Shown piece by piece: positions 11,801-22,791 of a stretch of 64,000 bases of DNA. The position numbers and the translations under genes are program-made. Under the pieces are notes generated by a model. It searched no databases. It was not told the DNA's origin and saw only the letters and a list, made by a program, of their open reading frames with translations. Source of the DNA: Cyanophora paradoxa CCMP329. Its lineage: Eukaryota; Plantae; Glaucophyta. The stretch covers positions 124,001-188,000 of the forward strand of contig QPMI01000560.1 of NCBI GenBank assembly GCA_004431415.1, read 5' to 3'. Positions within the stretch are counted from its first letter, which is position 1, and every line of letters starts with the position of its first letter.

Positions 11801-14800
11801 CACAAGATGCTCGAGGCCGACGAGCGCTCCAAGGTCGAGGGCGCCGTCCTCGGCGTCGTCACGCACGCCTGGTACCAGTACTTCGTCAACGCCCTCAAGC
11901 TCCAGTGGCAGGCCCAGCAGGAGAAGATCGCCTCGGCGCTCCTCGCCGAGCCGGCCCCGGAGGCCCCGCCCCGCGACCGCGACTCGCCCCTCCCAGGCGC
12001 TGCCGTCCAGCCGGCCGCCGCCCCCGGGGCCCCCGGCGCCGCCCTGCCCGCGAACAAGGCGGAGAAGCGACGGCGGAAGAAGGACGAGGCGGCTGCCGCG
12101 GCGGCGGCGGGCGACGAGGCGGGGGAGGGGGACGACCGGGCCGCGAGCGGCAGCGGGGCGAACGAGGAGCTGGAGCGCCGCGTGGCCGAACTCGAGGAGG
12201 CGCTGCGCGGGCAGAAGACGGCGGCGCGCGAGGCGCAGCAGCGGGCGGCGGAGACGGAGGAGCGGGCGGCGCAGGAGCGGGCGCGCGTCGAGGCGCTGCA
12301 GCGGCAGCTGGCGGAGCTGCAGACGCGGGAGCGGCAGGCGAACGAGTCGCTCAAGGCGAGCCGCGAGACGAGCGCCGGCCTGCAGAAGCGCCTCGCCGAG
12401 GAGCGCAAGCGCACCGGCGAGCTCGAGGAGCGCGCCAAGAAGGAGCAGCGCCGGGCCGCGGAGGCCGAGGCGGCCCTCGCGGAGCGCAAGGCCGAGGCGC
12501 AGCGCCTCCGCGCCGAGAACGGCCTCCTGCGCGGCCGCTCCGGCCCGCCGCCGCCCTCTCCACCGCCGACTGGGAGCTCGTGCGCAAGGCGGCGGCCGAG
12601 GGCCGGGGTGCCTGGCGGGGCGGCCGCGGGAGGAGGTTGAGCGCCTCGTGGCGCACCTCGCCCAGGCGGCCGTGGCGGTCCAGTCCCTCGCCGAGGCCAC
12701 CCCGGCCCCTCCACCACCCCCGCCCCCGCCTCGAGCACCCCGCCCCCGCCCCGCCGTCCCGCCTCCTCCTCCTCCTCCTCGGCCTCCGCCCCGGCCCCCG
12801 CGCCGGCCGCAGCCCCGAAGGGGCGCCGGCAGCGCCCTCTCCGCCGCCCGCCTTCTCCTCGTCCCTCTCCTCGGCGGCGGCGCCCTTCATCCCGCCCTCC
12901 CGCGTCTCGGGCCTGCCCGCCCCGCACCCCGCAGGCCCCTCGTCGCCCCCGCATCGTCCCCGCCCGTACCCGCAGCCCCGCCCCCGCAGCGGGCCCCGAC
13001 GGGGGCACCTCCCCGGCGGGCCCCGCTCGAGCGCGCCTGCCGGCGACGCCCGGCCTAGCACCTCCTCCCCCGCCTCGTCCCCCGCCGCCGTCCCCCGTCC
13101 CTCACAACCTCCCCCCTCGCCCCTCTCCGCCCCGGCGCACCCCGGCCAGCCACCGCCTCTGCCCCCGCAACAGCAGCAGCAACAGCAGCAGCAGCAGCAG
13201 GGGGTGATCCCGGGCGGCCCGATGCCGCCGCAGCACGTGTACATTCCGCCGGGCGGGCCGCCGGGCGGGCACTACGGGATGCCCCCACTGGCGACGCCGG
13301 CGCCGGGGCCGCAGTACGCGTACGCCGGCCAGGGTTACGCCCCGCCCTACGTCCAGTACGTGCAGGCGCCGCAGTACTACTACTCGGCAGCGCCGCCCGG
13401 CGGCCCCCCGCCTCGCGGCCCCGCCCCCGGTGGCCACCCGCACGGGGGCGCCCCCGGGTGGACCCCCGGCAGTCCGAACCCGCGGCGAGGCGCCCCCTAC
13501 GGGCAGCAGCCGCAGCAGCAGCAGCAGCAGCAGCCGTTCAACGGCCCCGGCGGCACACCGTACCCGCCCATGCAGCAGCAGCAGCAGGGGGCGGTGCAGT
13601 ACGGGGCGCGGGGCGGGCCGGCCGGGGGCGTGGTGCCGGGGGGGTACGGGCAGCAGGGGGTGCTCTACCAGTACGTGGACGGGACGGGCAACTACTACTA
13701 CGTGTCCCCCGTGCAGGCCCAGGCCGCCTCGATGATCCAGCAGCAGCACGTCCAGGGGCACCACACGGGGCCCCCGCCCCCGCCCCACCCCTCCGGCTTC
13801 CCCCAGCAGCAGCCGCCCCTCGCCCCCGCGCCCCCGCAGCAGCAGCTTCAGCAGCAGCAGCAACAGCAGCCGCAGCAGCAGCCGCCCTCCAAGCCGGGCG
13901 AGCATCAGCAGGCGCCGCAGCCTGCCAAGCAGGCGCAGGAGCCTCCGGCGAAGGCGGAGAAGGCGAACGGGGAGGCGGAGGGGCTGGCGCACGCGCACGC
14001 GGAGGGGCCCAGCGCCCCCGCCGCCTCGGCGTCGGGGCCAGGGGGCGACAAGCAGCCGGAGCGGGGCGCCGCCTCGCCGGCGGGCGCGGCGGAGGGCCAG
14101 GGCGCCCAGCAGCAGCAGGCGGCCTCGGGGCCCTCGTCGCCCTCGGCCCACGCGCACCCGCACCCGCACCCCCAGCGCCCCGCCCCCGCCCAGGCCCGCT
14201 CGCAGCCGGCCGCCTCGCCGCCGCCCCAGGCCGAGGCGAGCTCATCGTCGTCCAAGGCGCCAGCAGCAGCAGCGCCGGAGGCAGGCCCGGCGGCACCGGG
14301 GGCCCCCGGGGCGGAGGCGGCGGCGTCATCCTCGTCCTCGGCGGCTGCGGCGGCGGAGGCGGCGGGCCCGCTGCGGGGGATGGATATCCCGGCGGAGCTC
14401 GTGGAGCGCTTCGAGGAGCTCGCCGCCTCCAACACCAAGCAGGAGCGCGAGACCTGCGCCGTCCTCCTCGGCCGCCAGGTCCGCCCCGCTGCCCCCCTCC
14501 CCGTCTATGCTCTCCGGGGCTCCGCGCACCCCCGCTTTCCGCTCTTTCTCCCCGGACGCCGATATGATGACCCTTTATCTGTCAATCCCCTGATTGACGT
14601 GATGATTCTCCAAAATAGTCCTCTAAGAAGTTCTGAAACAGCGTCCGGGTCCGTGGTTTCTTTTGACGCCGCTATGATGACCCTTTATCTGTCAATCCCC
14701 TGATTGACGTGATGATTCTCCAAAATAGTCCTCTAAGAAGTTCTGATGCTGCGTCTTCAGTCCCTCGATCTGCACTCTTTTTATGTGTCTCTATGGCCGC

Positions 14801-15899
14801 CGCTATGATGACCCTTTATCTGTCAATCCCCTGATTGACGTGATGATTCTCCAAAATAGTCCTCTAAGAAGTTCTGATGCCCGGCCTCGCCTCCTAGGCT
14901 TTATTCTCCTTCTATCTTCCTGCTTCGAGCGCTCCAATGAAAAATAGTCCTCTAAGAAGTTCTGACGCTGTGTCTTCAGTCCCTCGATCTGCGCTCTCTT
15001 TTTGTGTGTCTATGGCCGCCGCTATGATGACCCTTTATCTGTCAATCCCCTGATTGACGTGATGATTCTCCAAAATAGTCCTCTAAGAAGTTCTGATGCC
15101 CGGCCTCGCCTCCTAGGCTTTATTCTCCTTCTATCTTTCTGCTTCGAGCGCTCCAATGATGACCCTTTATCTGTCAATCCCCTGATTGACGTGATGATTC
15201 TCCAAAATAGTCCTCTAAGAAGTTCTGAGCACGCGCTCTTTCCCCCGCTTCTCTCGCTGCGGCCCCCGAGCCAGCACCGCGCCGGCGGCGCCTCATTATT
15301 GACCCGCCGCGCGCGCGGCAGACGGGGGCGGGGCGGCTGAGCGTGTCGGCGCTGCTGGTGCCGAAGCAGACGTGCGCGCCGGACCGGTGCGAGACGGCGG
15401 AGGACACGGAGGTGGAGACCCTCGCCATCGCCGAGAAGCACGACCTCCAGGCGCGCCGCCGCCTCCCCCGCCCCGCCCCGCCCCGCCCCGCGCCTCTCAC
15501 CGGGGCCCCCCTGGGCGGCAGGTGATGGGGTGCATCCACACGCACCCGTCGCAGGGCTGCTTCCTCTCGTCGATCGACATGCACAACCTGCTGGGGTACC
15601 AGCTCCAGCTCCGCGAGGCCGTCTCCATCGTCGTCGCCCCCAAGCACGAGAAGCGGTGCGCCGCCCCCGGCCCCGCCCGCCCCCTCGAGGTGGCTCGCCG
15701 CTGAGGGCGCGGGGCCGGCAGAGTCGGCCTCTTCCGGCTGACGGACAAGGGGACGGAGATCATCCGGGCGTGCAAGCTGGCGGACTTCCACGAGCACCGG
15801 GGCGTCCCCGACAGCGCCATCTACGAGGACTGCCCCCACATCACCCTCACCCCGGGCGCCCCCGGCCGGGCCCCGCTCGCCGTCTTCGACCTCCGCTAG
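8897..15899 (+). CDS. Large protein: unknown N-terminal region, coiled coil, PAM2-like motif, P/Q/Y/G-rich region and C-terminal AMSH/STAMBP-type JAMM (MPN+) deubiquitinase domain; hosts the snoRNA array
   Basis: The last exons give SNTKQERETCAVLLG...LVPKQ...IHTHPSQGCFLSSIDMH...EAVSIVVAPK...GLFRLT...C...FHEH...VFDLR*, a complete AMSH JAMM signature. Joining the 5' exons (8897-10430) into the same gene is inferred. Confidence 0.7.
14564..14636 (+). ncRNA. SNORD61: Box C/D snoRNA, U61/SNORD61-like with a second 18S guide, copy 1
   Basis: C box ATGATGA, D' CTGA, C' GTGATGA and D CTGA. The D guide TAGTCCTCTAAGAAGTT pairs with 18S AACUUCUUAGAGGGACUA and the D' guide ATCTGTCAATCC pairs with 18S GGAUUGACAGAU. 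Flanking stem CCCGGACGC/GCGTCCGGG. Confidence 0.92.
14674..14746 (+). ncRNA. SNORD61: Box C/D snoRNA, copy 2
   Basis: Identical 73-nt core with flanking stem GACGC/GCGTC. Confidence 0.9.
14805..14877 (+). ncRNA. SNORD61: Box C/D snoRNA, copy 3
   Basis: Identical 73-nt core with flanking stem GGCCG/CGGCC. Confidence 0.9.
14937..14965 (+). pseudogene. Internally deleted snoRNA copy (44 nt missing)
   Basis: ATGA is joined directly to AAAATAGTCCTCTAAGAAGTTCTGA, losing most of the C box, the D' guide, D' and C'. Confidence 0.8.
15024..15096 (+). ncRNA. SNORD61: Box C/D snoRNA, full copy 4
   Basis: Identical 73-nt core; the flanks duplicate those of copy 3. Confidence 0.9.
15156..15228 (+). ncRNA. 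SNORD61: Box C/D snoRNA, full copy 5
   Basis: Identical 73-nt core with flanking stem GAGCGC/GCGCTC. Confidence 0.9.
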
Positions 15900-16183
15900 C
15901 CGCCCCCCTCCCCGCGCCGCCCCTCCCACCTCCCGCCCCCACCCACTAGTTTCTTGTCGCACCGGGCCCTTTTTTTCTCGCGGCCCGCATCGCGCCACGG
16001 GCGCGGCGGCGACCAGGACGCTCCTTATTCTGTTGTATTCCACTGGAGCGAGGCGCCCTTCTTCACGAGTGCGGCGAGGGGCTGGCCGCGTGGGCCCGGG
16101 GAGGCTGCCAGCTCGAATAGCAGCCGGGTCCCGTGGACTGTGCGATTGCAATCGAGAAGCGAGCTGGGGGGCGAGGGGGGCCG

Positions 16184-18635
16184 CTAGGCGGTGGCGGCGG
16201 CGTGGAGGGCGGCCTCGGAGGCGGCGACGGTGGCGGCGAGGTCGGCGGCGAGGCGGTTGCGGGCGGCGGTGAGCCAGCCGCGGGCGACGTGCCCCGGGAG
16301 GCCCTCGAGCGCCTCGACCTCGCGCAGGGCGCGCAGCAGGTCGCCCCGCACGAGGGCCCCTCGGCGCGCGCCAGCACGGCCTCGACGCCGGCACCCGGGG
16401 CCTCCCCCGGCGGCTCGGCGACCTTGAGGCGGGAGGCGAGGGAGGCGACGGCGTAGGCGATGGGGCCCGCCCCCTCGGGGATCATCGCCGCCCGCCGCGC
16501 CTCGGGCGCCATCGCGCGGAAGCGCTCCAGTAGCTCCGCCCGCGTCGCCACGCCGCCCATGGCGCCCGGCGGGACGGAGAGGACGGCGGCGCCGGCGAGG
16601 GCGCGGCCGGTCTCGTCGCCGGCGGCGCCGGCGCGGCGGAGGAGGGCGATGGCGGGGGCGAGGGGCTTGCGGGACTCGAGGGCGTCGCGGGCGGCGAGGG
16701 CGGCGAGGGCGAGGCCCTGGGAGCGGTGCGCGAGCTGCTTCCACTCGACGTCGGCGTGGAAGGCGCGCTCGATGGCGACCAGCTGCGCGGTGAGGTCCTC
16801 GATCACCGCCGCCCGCTCCACGCTCTCCCGCAGCAGCTCCTCCCCGAGCCGCCGCTCCGCCTCGGCGCGCGTCCCCTCGAGCTCCGCGGCGTGCGCCTCG
16901 CCCATCTCGCGCGCCTGCCGCACCAGCGCGCGCTCCACCTGCGCCCGCAGCCTGGCCCGCCCCGCCCCGCCCCGTCGGCGTCCACCCTCTCCCCGGCTAC
17001 CCCCCCCCCCAGGGGGGGTACGCACTCTTCGACGACGGCGTCGAGGCGGCCCTCGAAGCGCGCGTTCACGCGCTCCTCCACGCCCCGCGCGTGCTCCGCC
17101 GCCTGCCCGAGCCGCGCCGGCCGCCGTCAGAGCGGGAGGGGGCGGGTGGCGGGCGGGGGCGGGGCGGGCCTGGAGGGCGAGGAGGCGGCGGGCGGCCTCC
17201 TCGTCCGAGAGGCGCTGGAGCCGCAGCGCCTCCAGCAGCCGCGCCGCCTCCGCCCGCGCCAGCCCCTCCAGGTGTCCCCGCAGCGCCGCCAGCTCCTCCG
17301 GCACCGCCGCCAGCGCCGCCGCCTCCTCCGGCAGCGCCGCCAGCGCCGCCGGCGCCGGCAGCTCCTCCGGCCTCCCCTCCGCCCCAGCCGCTCTGCCGCC
17401 GGGCGCGTGAGCCGCCGCCGGGGGCGCCGCGGGGCGGCGGGGCGGGGCGGGGCGGGGCGGGGCGGGGCGGGCGGCACCGATGACGTCGGCGGGAGCGGCT
17501 CGAAGCGGACCTCGATGGGCGTGCCCGCGGGGACGTGCGGGACGAGCTTCTCCGGCGTCACCACCTCCGACACGATCCGCTCCGCTGCCCCCGCCCCGCC
17601 CCGCTCGCTCGCTTGCTCGCTCGGGGGCCCACCAGCGGCCGCCGCGCGCGCGCGGCGGCGGGGAGGGGAACGCACCAACGACGTCGGGAGTCTGCTTCTG
17701 AGGTGCCTCCTTCTGCTCCGGCGCCGGCGCCGGAGCGGCAGGCGCGTGCGTCTCCTCGGCCGCGGCGGGCGACTCGGCGAGCTGCGCGGCGGCGGCGTGC
17801 TCCGCCGCGGCCGACGCCGCCGGCTCGGGCTCCCGCGGCGCGTCCTCGTCCTTGTCCGCGTCGGGCTCTGACGCCGAGCCCGGTGGCGGCATGTGCACCG
17901 CCTCCGCCGCCGCCGCGGCCGCCGGCCTCGCCTCCTCGGCCTCCGCCGCCGCCTCCGCCGCCTTGGGCGCGGCCTTGGGCGCCTCAGGGGCGGCCTCCAG
18001 TGCCTGCGCCGGCGCCGAGTTGGCGCTCGTCGCGTTGCGCCAGAGGTCGGCGATCGGTCCCGGCAGCTGCGACGCGATCTCCTCCCTGTAGGCCTGCCCC
18101 CGCGCGTCAGAAGCCGTCCGCGCGGGCAGCGCTTCGCGAATCCGCGGCCGCTATCTCGGCGGGGGATGCCGCCGCAGCCGCCCCCAGCGCAAACGAGCCC
18201 CGCACTGGGCCGACCGCAAGCATGCAGCTTCCCCCTCGGCTAGCTCTGAAGGGCGCGTGGACGGGTCCGCAGTTCACGAACCGGGTCGCGCTGCGCTCTT
18301 GCGCCAACGCTAATCACCGACGCCGTGCCGAGAATCGTCGCGCCGAAAAGGAGACGGCCCCATGTGATTCGCGCTGGCGGCGGGGCCTGCGCCTCCGCCC
18401 GCGCGCCTGTCGGTCCGGCGTTTGTCGCGCGAGCTCCGCCAGCGGAGCCGCCGGCGGAGCCGCCCGCTGATGAGCTGCTCGACCCGCTTTGCCCGGTAGA
18501 TGTGCTCGAACTGCGCAGGAAGGCCTGTCGCGCAGCACAGTCAGGTCGCGCGGCTTCGACCCAGCGCGACGCGGCAGAGTCTTCCGAATGGCTTGCGCTC
18601 ACCCGGAACGCCGCACGGGGCACGCCGCGCGCCAT
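16184..18635 (-). CDS. MIC60: MICOS subunit MIC60/mitofilin
   Basis: Arg-rich presequence, a single TM segment (ITWGRLLFGATILGTASVISVG), a coiled coil and a C-terminal mitofilin domain (GVATRAELLERF...AMIPEGAGPIAYAVASLASRLKV...VLARAE..LVRGDLLRALREVEALEG...WLTAARNRL). One apparent 1-bp indel near 16358. Confidence 0.88.
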
Positions 18636-18688
18636 CCGCAGCGCCTCGGCAGAGCAGACTGTGTACCCCAACCAGGACGAAGCAAAAA

Positions 18689-19861
18689 ATGGCGCTGGTT
18701 CTCGCGAGGACGGCCGCACGCTCGCTGGCAGCACCGCTGAGGGCGTCGACGGCGATTCGGTGCAGCAGCGCCGTGGCCGCCGAGCGCCCTGCGCTCCTCC
18801 GTGCTCGCGCAGCCGGCGAGGAGCGCGAGCGGCGCGATAGCTGGCAGCAGGCGGTACGTTCTGGGCGCAGTCGGCCGGCCCCCGACGCCGCCGCTGACGG
18901 CCAACCGCGCGTGCGCAGGGGACGTCATCGGCCCGCTGGTCCGCCGGCGCTTCGTGCGCTGCGCTCGGGTTCGGCCTCGTGGTCTTCCAGCTGGTTGCGA
19001 ATGCGGAAGCGCCGGAGGAGCACGCCGAGCCGCTCACGGGTCGGCGTCACGCCTGCGAGCGCGCCGTGCCCGCCTCACGCCGTCGCAGGCCTGAAGTACC
19101 CGCACCTCATCAGCGTCCCGGAGACGCCGAAGAAGCACGTGTTCGTCGGGTGCGGGTGCCGGCTGATGACACCGCTGAAGGTCCGCCCTAGGCAGCCCCG
19201 CGCAGCAGCGGTCCGGCGCGCCGCGGGGCCGACGCCGACGGCGGGGCGGGGCAGGTGAAGGCGTACACGATCGGGCTGTACGCCGACGAGGCGGGCCTGA
19301 AGAAGGCCGTGAAGGAGGGGAAGGGCGCGGCGGAGGCGCTGGGGACGGAGGCGTACGAGAAGACGGTGCGGCTTGTGATGGCGCGCGACGTGGACGGGAC
19401 GCACCTCGCCAAGGGCTTCGACCGCTCCATGCTCAAGCGCATCCGGACGGCGGCGAAGGAGGGCAAGGAGGGCGGCAAGGAGGCCCTCCGCAAGTTCAAC
19501 AACCTCTTCCGCGGCAGGAACCTCCCCAGCGGCACCGAGGTGCCCCGCCCCGCCGCGGCCCCCTGGCCCGCGATGGAAGGGAAGCGAGCGGGCGGGCGGC
19601 GGGGCGCAGGTGACGCTCTCGTGGCTCGCGGGCGGCCGCATGGTCACCGCCATCGGCGGGCAGCACGTCGGCACCATCGAGTCGGAGGCCCTCTGCTGGG
19701 GTACCCCCTGCCCGCCCGCGATCGCCCCTTGCCGCGCCGGCAGCCGACGGGTCGGGGCGCGCCGCGCAGCGATCTTCGACATGTACTGCGGGCCGAAGGC
19801 CGTCTCGAACGAGGCGCGGGAGGGCATCGCTGCCGGCCTCGCCGCCCTCGGCCACCACTGA
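18689..19861 (+). CDS. Chalcone-isomerase-fold protein (Aim18/Aim46/FAP-like), probably mitochondrial
   Basis: Reads EPLTGLKYP...FVGCGCRLMTPLKVKAYTIGLY...KTVRLVMARDVDGTHLAKGF...GTIESEALCWAIFDMYCGPKAVSNEAR, with a presequence-like N-terminus. Confidence 0.85.
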
Positions 19862-20228
19862 GAGGCACCCGCCCGACCGCGCCCCGGCACCCCTCCTCCG
19901 TCGCTTTCTCGGGCGCAATGCAAGCACCTCTAGATCTTGAGCAACAGGCACAAAGCGCGGACAGGCCGCGGGGACGGTGTACATACACTGATAGTAATGG
20001 CCCTAGAATGCTGGACTCAAAAAGAGGCTACGACGAAGGCACTACAAAGAACAGGCGACTTGAAAGCGACGGCGAGCTTGCGCTACGATGGCAGAAGGTC
20101 GTATATATCTATATAGCGATGCACGTAATTATAAGCTAGAAACATTACTGAACAGAAGCTTTGCAGCAACAGTAACACGAGCAGGGGCGCTATTGAAAGG
20201 AAAGAAGAGGGGTGGGGCCTCGGGGCCC

Positions 20229-22092
20229 CTACGAGTGCCCGAAGGAGGGGGGGAGGGTCTCCCCGAGGAGGGCGTCGAGCTCCTCGGCGGTGAAGCAGGG
20301 CGTCGCCGGCTCCATCAGGGGCATGGGGCGGCAGGGCCCCGCCGCGCCCCCGCCCCCGCCCCCGCCCTTGCACGGGGCGCCCTCGTCGGGCCAGCAGGCC
20401 GCCTGGCCGCAGGCGGCGGGGGCGGTCGGGGTGGCGAAGGGCGGGGAGTCGGCCGGGGAGCCGAGGGAGCTGGAGGGGCTCGCGACGGCCGCCCCGCACG
20501 AGGGGGCGCCCGGCGGGACCGCCACCGACGGCGCGGACCGCGTGCGCGCCAGCGGCCGAGGCGGCGCCGCCATCCCCCCCGACGCCTGCGGCCGCCCCGA
20601 GGGAAACACGGGCCCCGCCGAGGGGGGCGGACGGCTGACGTTGAGCGGCCGCGTGCGCGAGAGGGGGGCACGCGAGCGGGCGGCAACGGGGGGCGGAGGC
20701 ATGCGGGGGCCGGCGGGTGCGGAGGGCGCAGGGGGGCAGGCTGGGGGAGCTTGGCGGGGCGGCGGGGCTTGGAGCGGCGGCGGGGCTTGGAGAGAAGACG
20801 GAGCTTGGAGACGCTGCTGCTGCGTCTGCAGCTGCTGCTGCGTCTGCAGCAGCTGCTGCGAATGCGGCTGCTGCTGCGTCTGCAGCTGCTGCTGCGTCTG
20901 CAGCTGCTGCTGCGAATGCGGCTGCTGCTGCGTCTGCAGCTGCTGCTGCGTCTGCAGCAGCTGCTGCGAATGCAGCTGCTGCTGCTGCGAATGCGGCTGC
21001 TGCTGCTGCTGCGGCTGCAGTTGCAAATGCGGCTGCTGCTGTTGCGGCTGCAGTTGCAACTGCGGCTGCGGCTGCATTTGCAACTGCGGCTGCTGCGGCT
21101 GCGGCTGCGGGGTGATAGAGCGGGTCGCGCACGCAAAGCCTGCGTCGCCGGCGGTCACGGCGCCGCGAGGCCGGGAGGCGCGCGGGGGCGACGGACCGGG
21201 GTCGGGGCTCGGCTCGGTGTCGACATCGAGGTAGACCGGCCAGCTCTGCTGGTAGCCACCCGGGGGGAGCGGAGCAGCTCCCGCGTGCTCCATCGGCGGC
21301 CGGCGGGGCGGCGGCGCGGCCATCGGCATTGGCTGCTGGGGCGCCGCCGGTCCGAGCTCGAAGCCGTCCGGTCGGCGCTTGTACGGGGGATAGTCGACCG
21401 GCGACGTGGCATCGGGCGGGTCCTTGCGCTTTGGCGCGTACACGGGGGCGGCACAGGCGGCGGGGGGCGAGAAGGCCGGCACCGGCGGGCGCTGCGGAAG
21501 CTGCGCCGGCTGACCGCACGGCCCGAAGCCCAGACCGCCGGAGTGATCAAGAAGGTTCGAAGCCCTGCATTCGAACGCATTTAGAGGCTCGTGGACGTCA
21601 ACACGGAGCAGGGACGCACGGTCCAACAGGCTGACAGGAGGCCATGGAGAACGGTGGAGGCAGGTAGAGCCCGCGCATTGCAAGCTACAGACAGCGAGTG
21701 AGCGATGAATGATCGTCTCGGAATCCGAGACCACTGCGGCCTTGCGCACCTCCTGCTGCAAGGTGCTCAGGGTTCGAGCGAGGCCCGCGCTGAGCAGGAA
21801 GTGATGGACGCGTGCGAGGAAGTTGGTCCCTTGCTGAACATTTACTCCTGGAGCGTTCGACGGCGCCTCGCCGTGTGCTTGCCATGGACTCGGAGGCGCG
21901 CCACCTCCTAGCCCAGACGCGCACGCGCAGCAGATCAGCACTGCAGTGAAATATTATTGATACGGATAACGCACCACTGCGCTGAACCATGTAGACCCCG
22001 CCCGCGAACCGAGCGGTCGCCCCGGGCCAGGTATTTGGTGCTGTCACACCAACCGCGGCATCGCCCGCGCTCGGGCCGGCGTAGTTAAACAT
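20229..22092 (-). CDS. LisH-like motif plus Q/P-rich protein (paralogue A); 5' end uncertain
   Basis: FLARVHHFLLSAGLARTLSTLQQE fits LisH. It has a Q-rich tandem tract and an acidic-hydrophobic tail (FTAEELDALLGETL). Confidence 0.55.
20813..21109 (-). repeat. Coding CAG-rich minisatellite (QQQLQT / QQQPHS units)
   Basis: Repeated ctgctgctgcgtctgcag and ctgctgcgaatgcgg units on the + strand. Confidence 0.85.
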
Positions 22093-22482
22093 CGCTTTGA
22101 GAGCGTTGCGAGCTCCTCAGCCGCGTGGCGAGCTCCAGTAACGCCAGGAGCGGCCAGGCTCGGGCGCCCAGCAGATGAGCTCTTCAGTCCTCCCGGCGGT
22201 TCGCGCAGAAATCTCCCGACTCGTTGAGGTAGCGGTCGTGTGCTACTAGCTGCTGGGACCACTTGGTCGTATCGCGGCCGGGGGGAAACACGCGCTTGTG
22301 GGGCTCCTTAGACGGTGAGCCTGAGTACGCTGTACCCCCACTCCCTCCCTCCCCCGGCCAGCCTCGCTTACCAACGAGCCGGGGCCGCGCGCGCGCGCGC
22401 GCACCCTCGTGATCATGAGTTCGCGACGCGACGTGGACTTTCTTCACGCGCGGACGCGCACGCGTACGGTTCGTGTGCATAT

Positions 22483-22791
22483 TGGGCGGCGCCCGGCCAG
22501 GCCCCCGAGACCGACGCGTACGGGCCGACCCCCAACGTTAACGCCCTCGAGCTCCCCTCCCCCGGCCCCTCCTCCCCGGCGGCCGCCGGGGACGCCCAGG
22601 CGCTAGCGCTGCAGCAGCCGCAGCAGAGCCAGGCGCTGGCGGCGGGGGGGCAGGGGGCGGGGGAGGGCGAGAAGGACGGGCCGCAGTGCTACGGCGAGGT
22701 GCTGCGGGCGTACGCGGACACGAACGCGCTGCTGCGGAAGGACCGGCGCGTGGCGATGGACGTCGAGGCGCAGCTACGCGGCATCGAGCGC
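22483..22791 (+). pseudogene. Duplicated exon fragment of 10865-11142
   Basis: 278-bp parent versus 309-bp copy. They are identical except for one substitution and five small insertions (7+6+6+6+6 bp). Confidence 0.92.

Noticed and set aside
14564-15228. CRISPR array
   Set aside because: The repeats are 73 nt, the spacers are themselves duplicated, there are no cas genes, and the locus is a eukaryotic intron. The repeat has C/D boxes and rRNA antisense elements.
20212-21234. Cys-rich metallothionein-like ORF on the + strand
   Set aside because: It is the antisense reading of the CAG-rich tract in the LisH/Q-rich gene.
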